The notes beneath the pieces are model-generated. The model saw only the letters and a program-made list of their open reading frames with translations, did no database searches and was not told the origin of the DNA. Position numbers and translations under genes: made by a program. DNA of 64,000 nucleotides from Macrostomum lignano (lineage: Eukaryota), in NCBI GenBank assembly GCA_002269645.1, contig NIVC01001482.1, forward strand, positions 1 to 64,000. Direction: 5' to 3'. This document shows positions 1 to 13,044 of the stretch, in pieces (position 1 is the first letter of the stretch; each line of letters opens with the position of its first letter).

Positions 1-249
1 CCGCCGCTGCCGGAGCCGCCCGCCGGTTCATAGCCGTCTGGATGAAGTCGGTGCCGTCCGAGCGAGACCGGTTGCTACGATTCTTCGGACTAAGCCGCGT
101 CATTGAGGTGGCGTTGCCTAGCAACGGTTGATCAACGCCGGCTCCGGCGGACTGTTGCAGTCGGGCTCGGATTCGCGCGAGTTCAAGCCGTTGATGAGAA
201 GCTGGGCCGGCTCCATCGGCTCCAGAGTGTCGGGTGCGCTTGGGGATTG
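1..249 (-). CDS. Possible coding exon of an unidentified gene running off the window start
   Basis: GC-rich and stop-free in one minus-strand frame down to base 1 (IPKRTRHSGADGAG...RRAAPAAA). It is preceded by a pyrimidine-rich acceptor (ctcttgttaccgtcttcag|). No recognisable domain. Confidence 0.35.
113..125. promoter_or_regulatory. RFX X-box-like palindrome GTTGCCTAGCAAC
   Basis: Matches the known RFX/X-box consensus. Function not shown, and it lies inside the possible exon. Confidence 0.3.
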
Positions 250-458
250 CTGAAGACGGTAACAAGAGATATGATGGTAACCAACTGCTGATAAACATTT
301 TAGAGGTTATAATTTCGAAGTCTAATATAAGTTTCACAATTTTCAAAAAAATAAACATCAACCTCAATACAGATTGTGCTATCTGTTTTGAAAACATTTG
401 AACTCTTTCTAATGGCCTTAAAACCCATCCATGAGGGTCCATAAAGCCGCTTTCAATG

Positions 459-1035
459 GCCCTGAAATCGATCTAGGTACTCCGGCACTCATCCAATGGC
501 CCTGAAACCTATCTAGGGACTCCGGCATTCATCCAATGACCCTGAAACCGATCTAGGGACTCCGGCACTCATCCAATGGCCCTGAAACCTATCTAGGGAC
601 TCCGGCACTCATCCAATGGCCCTGAAACCTATCTAGGGACTCCGGCACTCATCCAATGACCCTGAAACCGATCTAGGGACTCCGGCACTCATCCAATGGC
701 CCTGAAACCTATCTAGGGACTCCGGCACTCATCCAATGGCCCTGAAACCTATCTAGGGACTCCGGCACTCATCCAATGACCCTGAAACCGATCTAGGGAC
801 TCCGGCACTAATCCAATGACCCTGAAACCGATCTAGGGACTCCGGCACTCATCCAATGGCCCTGAAACCTATCTAGGGACTCCGGCACTCATCCAATGAC
901 CCTGAAACCGATCTAGGGACTCCGGCAGTCATCCAATGGCCTTGAAACTGATCTAGGGACTCCGGCACTCATCCAATGACCCTGAAACCGATCTAGGGAC
1001 TCTTGACACCCATCCAATGACCCCGAAATCCATCT
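459..1035. repeat. 40-bp minisatellite (~14 copies)
   Basis: Unit ggccctgaaacc(t/g)atctagggactccggcactcatccaat. Confidence 0.95.
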
Positions 1036-1959
1036 AGAGACATACAAGGCTTTTAAACCTACCGAAAAAGCCTAATAAACATTTCAATCTAATTACTCTG
1101 AAACGACTTTAACACCTATTCCATGAATAAAATGAATAATAACAGTCCCAGTTAGCAACGCTCAAAATTCACTCACTGAGAACGAGAACGAAAGGAATAA
1201 ATTTAGCTTTTAATAAGCGATGTTGCTGACTATTGATTTTCTCTCTAACAAGTTTGGTGGGTATAGAATAGCGTAACTAAGCTGCAGTCAGTTATATGGC
1301 CCTGAAATACCAGGACAGATCAAAGGGCAACAGGGTAAGAGCTTTTTCTGAGCACTGACTCTGGTAGTCAAACAGAGCTTTTGGACTCTGAGTCACTTGA
1401 GAGAAAGGGGAGAGAAGAAGGCAGAGACGCATAGAGTCACGTGTAATTCACTGCTCCAACAGTCAAAGTACATGCGATCAATGTGCAGTACGAAGTAACA
1501 CGGCGCGGCCCCACTTCTGTGTATCCACAAAGCGTGGACCTAAAGAACTCTAAAAGTGTCGGCTTGAAAGGTTGGTCATAAAAGTGGAAGGAGAGACAAG
1601 GGGAGAGGGCAATAAAAAGTTGCACTAATCCGTTAAAAAAACCAGTATCTATACGGGCAGAATGCATTGGACACCCTGCCCCCAGAAGTAAACCCCATGT
1701 CGGACTGGCAACGAAAACCGGTTCAAGCTTTGGACCCCCCCCCTACCTATGCTCGGCCTTATCTGTAGAAAATAAATTGCTTTCTTCCACCAAAACGCTT
1801 GCATGGAACATTGTGAGCAATATAGCTTAAAATAGATTTCTTGCTACAACTGTGAATGATTCACTAGTTGCAACGAATGCAGTACGTCGCTTTATCTGAG
1901 CTCATTATTACCTAAAACAGTACCCAAATCAGATCCCTGAAGGCTCCCAACCCCCTCTA

Positions 1960-2200
1960 ATCCCTCAGGGGACTCCAATACCCCTTCTAACCCTTCAGCA
2001 AGCTCCAATACCCCATCTAATTCTTCAGGGATCCAATACCCGATCTAATTCTTCAGGGATCCAATACCCGATCTAATCCTTCAGGGATCTAATGCCCCAT
2101 CTAATCCTTCAGGGATCCAATACCCCTGTAATCCTTCAGGGATCCAATACCAGCTCTAATCTTTCAGGGGCTCAAATATCCCCTCTAATCTTTCAGGGAC
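1960..2200. repeat. ~28-bp minisatellite
   Basis: Unit atctaattcttcagggatccaatacccg, about 8-9 degenerate copies. Confidence 0.85.
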
Positions 2201-2680
2201 CCTCAGGGCTTGAAAATTGGCCTTCCTTAAGGGCAACTATACCAATGAGTATCAGACATCAGACTGGTGCTCTATATACTAACAAAAATATATAGTTCCT
2301 AATTTTGGACACATTTTTATACTTCATAAAAAACTTAAGACTTAAAACATTAAAAACTTTAATTACAAACTTTTATCTTGAGTAAAAAACTCAAAACATA
2401 TAGATGAACACAAATGGCTCAAAGCATGGCAAAAACAAATTCCTATATATGTAGATCACACTAATAAATGAATAAATATAATGCATATTATTTAAATTAA
2501 AGACACTTTGCTAGTTAAAGTAATTGAAAACTAATATAGACATCTTTCAAATTGTGTTTTTTGCTATACGATTAAAAGCATTTCAATAAAAAGTATTGAT
2601 TAATAAAAAGGCAAAAGTTTGAAATAAAGGTAGAATCAATTGATTTGAACCTCAGCCAATATTGATAGGACATGCCATGT

Positions 2681-2756
2681 TGGAATATATTTTAGTATTT
2701 CTTGCTGGAATATATTTTAGTATTTCTTGCTGGAATATATTTTAGTATTTCTTGCT
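2681..2756. repeat. 25-bp tandem repeat x3
   Basis: tggaatatattttagtatttcttgc repeated three times. Confidence 0.85.
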
Positions 2757-3743
2757 GATACAGATTGGTAATAATACAATTTCACCAATTCTATCTTTGT
2801 CTTGTAGGTGATAAATTCTTACTTTGCCATTTGATTATCTCTTTATTAGAGTTGGCAAGGAATTAGAATTTCAATTTACTTATAAAAACTATTGGAATAT
2901 AGAACATTAAGCCTTTGATCATGGCTTTATAATCATTATGGATCTTGTTTACTATTTCAATGAAATTGCCTATTTTATCATCTTAGAGCTACAAAAATGT
3001 TGTCATAAAACACTTGCAATGCTAAGCTGATCTAAGTTTTATGAATACTAGATAGAAAGCATACTTTAATTATTACAGTAGTATGCTTGATAGTGTGATG
3101 TAATTTAGCATTATGCTATTGAGTCAGAAAACATTAGTTCACTTTGCCTTTATTTTGGATTGCCAATAAACTCTGATTAAATTCACAAGGTATATAATAA
3201 ATGTTACTTTTTAAAAGGTAATAAAAGATAGCCTTAGTGCTATGTGCATGATCTCTATTATCTCATAGCTTCAACTAACCATTATTAAACAGATTATCTC
3301 TCAAACAGATAGTAGATTCTTGGGTCTTGCATAAATTGACCTTTTATATCATTGACATGCTATGAGCCAATGCTTTGCATATATAACTATAATTTACATT
3401 ATAAACTAATAGTGTATTAAAAAATTAGAATTTAAAAAATTTTTGGGGCTAGTAATATAAGTTGCCATAAGAGTCCTACAAAAAAAGATGAATATTCACT
3501 GTCTTTTATTGCTATCTAAGGTTGTATGATAGTGTCTAATATTGGGCATTAAAAAACAAATGAAGTAGCCTTTGAGTTTTTCATCATAATCTAAGCTATA
3601 CTTATATTGAAACAATCACTATAAACAATTTTTGCTGATTACTTTTAAGTGATTTTTCTCAATTCTACCTGTTCCGCTCTGTGCAGAACCACATAAATGG
3701 CCTGACATAATATCAATAAATGACCTTTTAAAGCATATTTATT

Positions 3744-4585
3744 CAGTGTTAGGCACCATTAATATAAATCTTAACTTCCATTAATGACAAAATCATTAGC
3801 ATTAAAACAAAAAATCTTAACTTATTAACTTTTAATTTCATTAAGTCAACTGAAAGTTAACTGATAATTGTTAATAAGTGTTAATTCTTAAAGTTAACAC
3901 AGAAAATACAAAAATCTTGCATTTTTCCAAAACAGACTTCTATAATGCACTGTCTTTGATTTTCCACCTTTTTAGCAAAACACAGAGGTCATCTAAAAGG
4001 ATTTATAAGCTAAAAAGCAATAAATAATAATTTAAAAAACTTCCATATATAATATTACTAGAAGTAAGCATACAGTAAAAAAGTAACTTGTTTATTTGAA
4101 ACTTAAAAGCTAATTAGTTAATAATACAATACAAATAGGAAGGTTGTTTCATTAGCATTAGCAGGCATAGTAGAAAGTTACAAAAGATTGGGAAAGAAGT
4201 GAATCAAAGTAATCAATGCTCATGTGCAAGCAATAAAGTTCACAATTTTAATTCATTATTAAATTTCATTAGTAAGAAGTTACATTTGCATGATTATTGT
4301 TATAAGCAAAGAGATTAATTTGGCATTAGTTTAGACAAATTTGAATATATTTGTAATGTTGTAACTTCTTGTCAGACTTATATTTTTGTTCTTTCTTTAT
4401 GTCTTTGGTCATTAGCATTGCCATTAATATTAACAATGAATTTGTCATTAACTCACAAAATTATTAATGTAAATTTGTTAATCTGTTAGTTCAAAAAAAT
4501 CTTAACAGCAGTCTATTAATGTTAAAAAAAATCTTAACACTTATTAACAGATTAATGCTTATTAATGTACTGGTGCCCAACACTG
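3744..4585. mobile_element. hAT-like non-autonomous element (842 bp)
   Basis: Left TIR CAGTGTTAGGCACC; right TIR GGTGCCCAACACTG (13/14 complementary). Flanks TATTTATT / TATTTAAT match at 7 of 8 bp. Confidence 0.7.
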
Positions 4586-4590
4586 TATTT

Positions 4591-5191
4591 AATAACCTTT
4601 AAAACTTTGTCCAACTTGGAATATTCTGACCATTATTCCAACTTTTATTCAGACTGATTATTAAATATATAGCAAGAGTCTGAATACCATTCTGACTCTT
4701 AATTCCAACTGATAATTTAATACATTGCAAGAGTCTGAATATCATTCCAACTCTTAATTCTAGCTGATTATTAAATACATTGAAGAGTCTAAATATCATT
4801 CCCACTCTTTTTTTGACTGCTTATTTAATTCATTGCTAATATGTATTTTTACTTAGAGCTAAACTAAATAAACACTGAATAAACATAAAGTCTTCAAGTT
4901 TTCTAAATAAGAGTCAGAATGATATTTAGACTCTTACAATGTATTAAATTATCAGTTGGAATAAGATTCAGAATGATAGTTAGACTCTTACAATGTATTT
5001 ATTAATCAGTTGGAATAAAAGTCGGAATGGTATTCAGACTCTTGCAATGCATTTATCAATCAGTCAGAATAAGAGTTGGCATATTCTGGCCATTATTCCA
5101 ACTGGTAATTTAATCACATTGACATTAGCAGCATTACGAGTCAGAATAATGGTTAGAATATTCCAAGTCAAACAAAGTTTAAAAGGTTATT
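4591..5191. mobile_element. Foldback-like element with long inverted arms built from ~55-bp subrepeats
   Basis: Left end aataacctttaaaactttgt is near-complementary to right end acaaagtttaaaaggttatt. The subrepeats (gagtc at 4676, 4731, 4785) are mirrored in 4910-5170. Confidence 0.7.
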
Positions 5192-5660
5192 TAATTAAGG
5201 GGTATTACAAAATTTGCCAGATTAATACTTATATAGGCCTATAAATAACTTTTGCTATATTTGGCTAAAACTAAACTTATTTATATTTACTTGGTTTATA
5301 ATAGAAAATCTTTAAGCTAAGATTTTATATTTTTATACACATCAGATAGCCTTATGCCCTTAGAATGTCAAAATAATGAGGTTAGCAAAGTTTTAGAGCT
5401 AAAAAACCACTTAAACTAAAGCCTAGTAAAGGTTAAAAATATACAGCTTTTGTCTTGTTGATTGCCTTAGTCTGAAATTTTAGAAAGAACAAAGTAGAGT
5501 TACATTTAGCTCTGCATAAATTTTCTGTTACTTTGGAAATGCCAACTGGACATAGTAGTACTAGTTTGGTATAGGAAGCAAAAATGAAAAAGATAGGCCT
5601 AACAAAAACAAAAAATAATAAGAAAAACAAAGCAAGTTGCAAAAATGGCAACAGCAAACT

Positions 5661-5722
5661 AAGTCGCAATTTGGTCAAATCTGTCACTTGGCCAGTGTAA
5701 TTGCAGAGGTTGTGCTTGTATC
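5661..5722. mobile_element. Degenerate right end of the CATACATGCGCAAC-TIR MITE family
   Basis: aagtcgcaatttggtcaa...ggccagtgtaa...ggttgtgcttgtat resembles 20985-21056. Confidence 0.5.
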
Positions 5723-6900
5723 GTTGTATGTGAGTTAGGCCTAGTTAGTCCTTCTTTTGCAATAAATAAGAATGAACTGTATAAAAACATCTCATTAATG
5801 ACACTGAAGCTGTAAGGACGGTAAGTGACTAATCTTACAACTTTGTATTAAACATGAAATTATCCTGAGATTTGTCATTGCTAATGACAAATTGTAAATG
5901 AAAACTAGCCTACCGTTTAACTTAAAACTAAGATAATTTTTGTTACTTTTTGAAAAAGAATAGCTGGCGTTAAAATACTAGTAGTGGCTTCCCAGGAAAC
6001 CCCTTTTTATGTTTTTGAACTCAAAGAGTGAGATTTTTTATTCAAAATTAGTTGTGCCAAGCCAATGCTAATCAACAGACAATCAACAACATATCTTTTA
6101 TCTATCTTAGCTCTGCACAGCTTGCGTTTTAATATAAAAAAATCTGACCCGCGATAAAAAATAAGAAATTGAAAAAGCTAACAGCTGTTGTGCGCACAAT
6201 AACAAAATGCAAATTTATGTTTGCTTTAAAAAGGAGGTAGACAAAACAAAATCTTTTAAGATATTTAATATCTGTTTTATATTTTAAATGGATTATAACT
6301 GTCTGAATTTTCCTACAGTAGTATTTGCTGTTGGAGGTTTTATCTAAAATTTAAAGTGCATTTTTATCAGCTTTTTTAGAACTTGCTACGACCCAGAGCA
6401 AGATTATAATACATATTAATTTAAAATTTCGCATATTACGAATACAATTTTCTTGAAACACATTCTGATTGCATTTAAATTCTGTAAGTGCCTATTTATG
6501 TGTACTGTGTTTTAACCTTTTAACTACGTACAACACACAAAAAATAAGATTTGCTTTTGAATTCATATTCAATAATACGGTTAATAATGTACTCATTACG
6601 AAGTTGTCTAATTAAATCACTTTTATTTCGACCATTTATATAACGAATTCTTACAGAAAGAAAAATCCATTTTTGCTTTATATTTGTCCTTAATTAATAA
6701 TTACTCATTCGCCTTCGATAAAAAAAATTTAAAAAGATAAAAGACTTGCGTATTCCCAGTTGCAGTTGATCGTTTATAATCCTAGATTACTTTTTTATTT
6801 TTTGTGATGGATAAAAAATCGAACCAAAAAAGCTTTCACCCTTCTGGAGACAAGACTGGAGTGTGGCCACTCTTTGCTTATAACATTCCAGGCGCAGAAA

Positions 6901-6955
6901 ATGGCGCTAATTACGCACGTTCAGCCGAAAAATATCTGGGAGGAAATATGCAAAG
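6901..6955 (+). CDS. IQCK: IQ domain-containing protein K, exon 1
   Basis: MALITHVQPKNIWEEICK resembles the IQCK motif KNLWEQICKE. Donor G|gtgag, phase 1. Confidence 0.8.
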
Positions 6956-7051
6956 GTGAGCTAACTTGACTTGTAAAGAGAAAAATCATTGATGCTTGTA
7001 TCGAAGTGTAATAGAATATTATCGTTATTTTTCCATCACCAACTGTCACAG

Positions 7052-7401
7052 AGGCCCGGTCAATGCGACCTCCATTCCCCGACGAAGACGCGCAGTCCGC
7101 GTCAACTACCAAGTCCGACTACGACCCTAAAAAGCACACGCCAGTGTTCTACGGCAAACTGCACCACCAACTGCCGTGCAACGACGGTTCTCTGGACTTC
7201 GATCCAGCCGTCTCCCACCCAGCTACATTCGGTTTTGCGCTGCTCGACCGGCCACCGCAGCCGCCGCCGGAGCCGCCGTGTCCCCCGCCAGATAGAAAGA
7301 AGTGCTCGCCAAGGGAATACCTTGAGCACTACGTGTTTCCAACTCTGCTGCCAGCCATGGAGGCGATGCTGCAGACGGCCGGAGAAGAGCGCTGCTTTGA
7401 T
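7052..7401 (+). CDS. IQCK: IQCK exon 2
   Basis: Acceptor cacag|. Encodes PPFP...CSPREYLEHYVFPTLLPAMEAMLQTAGEERCFD, like IQCK CSPKEYLETFIFPVLLPGM. Donor |gtaag. Confidence 0.88.
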
Positions 7402-7525
7402 GTAAGAATTGATCAACAGCGGAGGGCAGAAAGATTTCAATTAATAAAAATAGAGCTCAAATATGATTTCTATAAGGACTCATCTTACACAAAAGTAGTA
7501 GGAAAAGGGTGCGATCTGATGCACG

Positions 7526-7690
7526 TCGCTGATTGGCTGGCGAGGGGAAGGCCCTGGAGGTGGGGTGGGTATGCCGGAGGTGGGGTGGGGGCAGAGCAAA
7601 GTTGGCCAGCCAATCAGCGAAGGGGGAGGCCCTGGAGGTGAGGTGGGTGTGCTGGAGGTGGGGTGGGGGCAGAACGAAGTTGGCTAGTCG
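7526..7690. repeat. ~83-bp G-rich tandem duplication in IQCK intron 2
   Basis: ggccctggaggtg(g/a)ggtggg...ggaggtggggtgggggcaga.c.aagttggc.ag occurs twice. Confidence 0.75.
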
Positions 7691-8131
7691 TACCCTTGTC
7701 CTACTACTCAGACAGGTAAAATATTGTACTTAAACCTATTTAGCTTCAGTGCGAATGAGAATTTAGGAGAGTTCAAACAACAGCACGCTATCAGAGGGTC
7801 TTAAGATAAAAAAAAACGATAGCAGCGTCACAGAGCGCGCCTCGAAGACTGGGTGCCAACTTAGATCGAGTCCTGGGCACCAGAGTCAGCCAGCAAGGCA
7901 GTCGACGAAGCGCCGAGTCTTCATCATCAGCACCTCTTGTACCTACTGTGGGCAGTACGACAATAAGCGCGGATGAAATGGGCTGCTAGCTGGAGTCGCT
8001 GACTGGAGCCATTGAATCCGTTGACTTTCTTTTGTCGATAAAAGGAAAATTAAATAACCATATCTCACGTATGCTACTGATTCGTTAGTAGACAGAACTC
8101 AATTACACCAGCTGACTCGACAAACCCTCAG

Positions 8132-8347
8132 CGGAAGCGAACCAAGTTCAACGCCTGCGACTTCCTCACCGAGTACCTGTACGCCAACAACCCCGCCCAT
8201 CCCGAGCGTCGCGGCACTCGCCTCGCCGATGTTCCGTTCGTACGCGACGAGTGGGAGAGAAATCCTCGCCCGCCGCTGCCGCTGTCCGTCCTACTGAGCG
8301 ACGATGAGGCGGTGCAGATCATCCAAAACTACTGGCGCGGCTTTTTG
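8132..8347 (+). CDS. IQCK: IQCK exon 3 (includes start of the IQ motif)
   Basis: Acceptor ctcag|. Encodes RKRTKFNACDFLTEYLY...PRPPLPLSVLLSDDEAVQIIQNYWRGFL. Donor |gtgag. Confidence 0.92.
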
Positions 8348-8900
8348 GTGAGCTCATCATTCCCGCATGCTGACGCCAGAAACCAGATGGACCATTCACG
8401 CTTTTCAGATACATGTATTCTAGAGTCCCTAAGCCTTAATTTCCCGACTATTGAGTAGTACAAGCAGGGACTACTCAAGTAGAAGGACAGAAAACTAACA
8501 TTTCTTGAAAAAATTTTGGAGGCAGGTTTTACCGAAAAAATACATTACGGATCGGAGATTGGAGGTTGCCATTTTGCAGCGCAAAAATCTTGATATTCTT
8601 AGCTATCTGTCTTTCTTATATAGCTCTATGGATATTATAAAAGTTTTTTGTTTAGAAATTAAGATTTTATGGTAATTTATATCCTACCTACATGTCTTAT
8701 TCATAAAAAAATCATATTCAAATTTTCTAAGCAAAAAGTTTTATGAATGTCAATGGAGCAATGAGAATGGTTAAAGGTATGAAAAGATGAACATAGCTAA
8801 AACATACTAAAAAGAGGAAACCCAGTAGAAATGTGTACTGCACAAGCTGTACTGCATGTATAACACCTGGCTTATCTCAACCAACGACAACTTATTAAAG

Positions 8901-9203
8901 GTGCGCCGCGACCCGGAGGTCCAGGAGCTGCGCCAGTGGCAGCGAGAATGGCGCGAGACCAACCGCGACGCCAGGCGCAGCGTCAGCGAATTCTGGGAGC
9001 AGCGCATGGGCCCGGACTCGTCACCGAGGAACGACGACGACAACCAAGCGACAAAAGGTGATTCGACAGCTGCCGCAGCCTGTGTTGATGATGCCACAAA
9101 GGAAGCTGGAGATGAAGGCCAGCGTCCTCTAGCGGAGCTGCACACCACCCTGGACTACAACAAGGACGACCGAGGCATCATCTCGCCGAAGCTGAGCGAG
9201 TGA
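8901..9203 (+). CDS. IQCK: IQCK exon 4 (terminal)
   Basis: Acceptor taaag|. Encodes VRRDPEVQELRQWQ...KLSE then TGA. The joined CDS is 924 nt = 307 aa plus stop. Confidence 0.9.
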   Translation: MRRDPEVQELRQWQREWRETNRDARRSVSEFWEQRMGPDSSPRNDDDNQATKGDSTAAAACVDDATKEAGDEGQRPLAELHTTLDYNKDDRGIISPKLSE

Positions 9204-9699
9204 CCAGCTAATAATCTACATTGATAGAATTTCCGGCCTGCGGATGTTACAGAATCCAAATTGAAAACTTTTTTCGGCAGTATAACAATAGCCTACTAAA
9301 AGTAGCTAGTGTCATTGTGATTCGTTTTTCTCCTGTTAAATTCTGTACATTCATTTCTTTCTAAACAGACAGCAAGCTGCCTTTGTTTAATTTAAACAAG
9401 CTATTAGATGTATGCAGAATGATGAAGAACAATTATAAAGTGCCTATGAGACAACGCTTTAAAACATATAACCAAAGTTGTTTTTTATGGAATTAAAAAT
9501 TACTTAAAGTCATTTCAGGTTTTATTTATTTTCGAGACCATCTTAGACTGCCATGTATTCACTCGAATTATCATTCAATATACTAAAAATGAGTATGGAA
9601 ATTTATTCAATCACGCCTAGCTACAATCGCTCTTACCAACCCAGGTGAACTTACCTTGGCACCCAGGTAAACTTAGCAAATAGGTGAAAACGCGCATTG

Positions 9700-10185
9700 C
9701 TATCCGGGATAACCTGCCTTAGCAACCAGGTAAATACGCATTACTATCCAGGATAAACCTCCCTTTGTGCAACCAGGTAAATACGCAATTGCTATCCAGG
9801 ATAATCTATAGCTTCCTTAGCAACCAGGTGAATACGCACTAATCTAAGAAAATCTCCCATAGCAACCAGGTGAATACGCATTACTATCATGGATAATCTT
9901 CCTTAGCAACCAGGTGAATACGCATTACTATCCAAAATAACCTTCCTTAGCAACCAGGTGAATACGCATTACTATCCAAGATAACCTCCCTTAGCAACCA
10001 GGTGAATAAGCATTACTATCCAGGATAATCTCCCTTAGCAACCAGGTGAATACGTATTACTATCCAGGATAATCTCCCTTAGCAACCAGGTGAATACGCA
10101 TTACTATCCAGGATAATCTTCCGTAGCAACCAGGACCAGGTGAATACGCAATTTACTATCCAGGATAATCTTTCTTAGCAACCAA
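9700..10185. repeat. ~42-43-bp minisatellite
   Basis: Unit ccttagcaaccaggtgaatacgcattactatccaggataatct, about 11 copies. Confidence 0.9.
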
Positions 10186-10814
10186 GGGACAAAAGTACAA
10201 AGCAGAACTTATTTTATTCACAATGATGGCAAGATGCTAACTTGCTAAAGCTTGTCTCTTCGCAGGTAAACTATTTATTTATCAATCAAAGCACCTTTTT
10301 CATTTGCTCGCTTAATTAAACTTCGACTGCTTTTCAGTTAAAAAGAATTACGGCATAGAGAAAGATTGCCACGAAAACTGTTAACGTATAGGGGTTCGGT
10401 TTTGCATTTTTGCTTGAGAAAAAAAACAAATTTTAAAGAAACAATTTTGAAGTTATTAAATAAAAATGCTGAAAAATTGCAGATTTAGTAGATAAATAAG
10501 TATTGATATACAGATATAAGTAGAAAGTGCAATGCAAGAGCCAATGGGGAATCGTGCAGTCAGGGGAAGTGGAGCATTCGATTTACTAGCCAAATATCGG
10601 GTTGGGGAGCAAACACTGGGGAATGAATGGCGCAAAAAGCGGGGCACTGGATAAGCTGCTGGCTCAGTGACTGACGCCAGAATTGCATACTGAATATTAA
10701 AAGGCTATTTGACAAAAAAGCTATTTCAATCCACGAATTACAGTATGCTTGTAGCCCAGACAGAAGGGAATGCCGTTCAAGATGCAGAGCAGGGGGATTT
10801 CATGGGATTTTTGG

Positions 10815-12040
10815 GATTTCAAAATTGAGTCTGGATTGCCGGGATTTTGGGAGTTCATAATTGTGATCTAGATTGTCGGGATTTCATAATTGGGATCTGG
10901 ATTGTCGAGATCTTGTAATTGGGATCTGGATTGTCGAGATCTTGTAATTGGGATCTGGATTGTCGGGATTTCATAATTGGGATCTGGATTGTCGGGAGTT
11001 CATGATTGGGATCTGGATTGTCGGGATTTCATAATTGGGATCTGGATTGTCGGGATTTCATATTTGAGATCTGGATTGTCGGGATTTCATATTTGAGATC
11101 TGGATTGTCGGGAGTTCATGATTGGGATCTGGATTGTCGGGATTTCATAATTGGGATCTGGATTGTCGGGATTTCATATTTGAGATCTGGATTGTCGGGA
11201 TTTCATAATTGGAATCTGGATTGTCGGGAGTTCATGATTGGGATCTGGATTGTCGGGATTTCATAATTGGGATCTGGATTGTCGGGATTTCATAATTGGG
11301 ATCTGGATTGTCGGGATTTCATAATTGGAATCTGGATTGTCGGGAGTTCATAATTGGGATCTGGATTGTCGGGATTTCATAATTGGGATTTGGATTGTCG
11401 AAATTTTGTAGTTGGGATCTGGATTGTCGAGATTTTGTAATTGGGATCTGGATTGTCGAAATTTTGTAATTGGGATCTGGATTGTCGGGATTCGGGGATT
11501 TCATAATTTGAATCTGGATTGTGGGGATTTCATAATTGGGATTTGGATTGTCGGGATTTCAGGAGTTCATAATTGGGATCTGGATTGTCGGGATTTCATA
11601 ATTGGGAACTCGATTGTCGGGATTTTGTAATTGGGATCTGGATTGTCGAGATTTTGTAATTGGGATCTGGATTGTCGAGATTTTGTAATTGGGATCTGGA
11701 TTGTCGAGATTTTGTAATTGGGATCTGGATTGTCGAGATTTTGTAGTTGGTATCTGGATTGTCGAGATTTGTAGTTGGTATCTGGATATCGGGATTCGGG
11801 AATTTCATAATTGGGATCTGGATTGTCGGGATTCGGGATTTCATAAATTGGGATCTGGATTGTCGGGATTTCATAATCGGGATCTGGATTGTCGGGATTT
11901 CATAATTGGGATCTGGATTGTGGGGATTTCATAATTGGGATTTGGATTGTCGGGATTTCAGGAGTTCATAATTGGGATCTGGATTGTCGAGATTTTATAA
12001 TTGGGATCTGGATTGTCGAAATTTTGGGGATTGTCGAAAT
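10815..12040. repeat. 29-bp minisatellite
   Basis: Unit tgggatctggattgtcgggatttcataat, about 40 copies. Confidence 0.95.
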
Positions 12041-12618
12041 TTGGATTCCAACACCTACCTAACAAAAATGGGTAATAGTTATTAGATGTCAGTCCAGCAC
12101 TGATAGGTGAGTTGAGAAGAGTAATAAACATGATAGAACATACCTGGGATCAGAGCAGACTGACAGTTTTATCAAATCAAGGCAAATGGCACAGTAAAAA
12201 CGCTTAAGAATGAAGAAAAGCCAATGCAACATTGTTCACAAACAATTAGCAGTTACTCGGAAAGAGTGCGCTTATAAAAGGTACAAAAAAATCGAACGGC
12301 CACGAATGCACAAAGCTACTACTGTAAATATTATATAAAAATTGGGCCCAGCTGATGCATAAAAAGCTCCAAGAGGCGAAACCCGTCGCCAAGAAAACAA
12401 CACACAGAAAACTTGTCAGGTACTCACTTGTAAAAAAAGCTAGAAACAGGTATAATGAGTTGAGAGAGACCTGCTGCTGCTGCTGCTGCTGTTGATAGAA
12501 AAATGCGAGCAAAAATGAACATTAATACAGATTCAGTTGTGTAAGCGGCGGCACTTGACGAGCTTCTGTTTAATTGATTGATCTGTCTGATCAAACTCAG
12601 AAATCTCTGGCTGACTCA

Positions 12619-12965
12619 TCAGAACTGGGGCATAAACGGCAAGAACCTCTGCTGGTGAACTGCGCCTCCAGCTGCAGCGGCGGCCGCGCCAAGGTAAGCC
12701 GCAGTCAGGTGATCCTGACCACCTGTGGCCAGGTAGACTGGCAGCGGCTGCGACGGCGGCAGCTGCAGCATCGACTGCGGCAACGGCGGCGGAAGCATCT
12801 GGTGCTGCAGAGCCTGGAACTGGAACACCTGCTGCTGCTGCTGCTGCTGAGCTGCCAGCTGCTGATAGGGGCTGCTATGGTAATGCTGCATCAGCAGTTG
12901 AGCCGGGATCTGCTGCTGAGCTGACAAAGTTAACAGGTTACCCCCGGCACTGTGAAAGTTCACGC
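12619..12965 (-). CDS. RBFOX1: RBFOX homologue, terminal exon 7 (Q/A-rich C-terminus)
   Basis: Acceptor ttgcag|GC is phase 1; an alternative in-phase acceptor lies at 12920. Encodes ...QQQQQVFQFQ...YLGAAAAAAGG...PFMPQF then TGA. The symbol denotes the family, not a specific paralogue. Confidence 0.75.
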
Positions 12966-13044
12966 CTGCAATTTGGTAGGATAATTTATTTGTTAGATGA
13001 GCCCCGCATGTCGGTGGCTGAGAGCAGTGAGGAGTTCGGTGGGT

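Noticed and set aside
2300-3700. Decayed hAT transposase in the AT-rich block
   Set aside because: One weak CxxAHS-like string interrupted by stops is insufficient.
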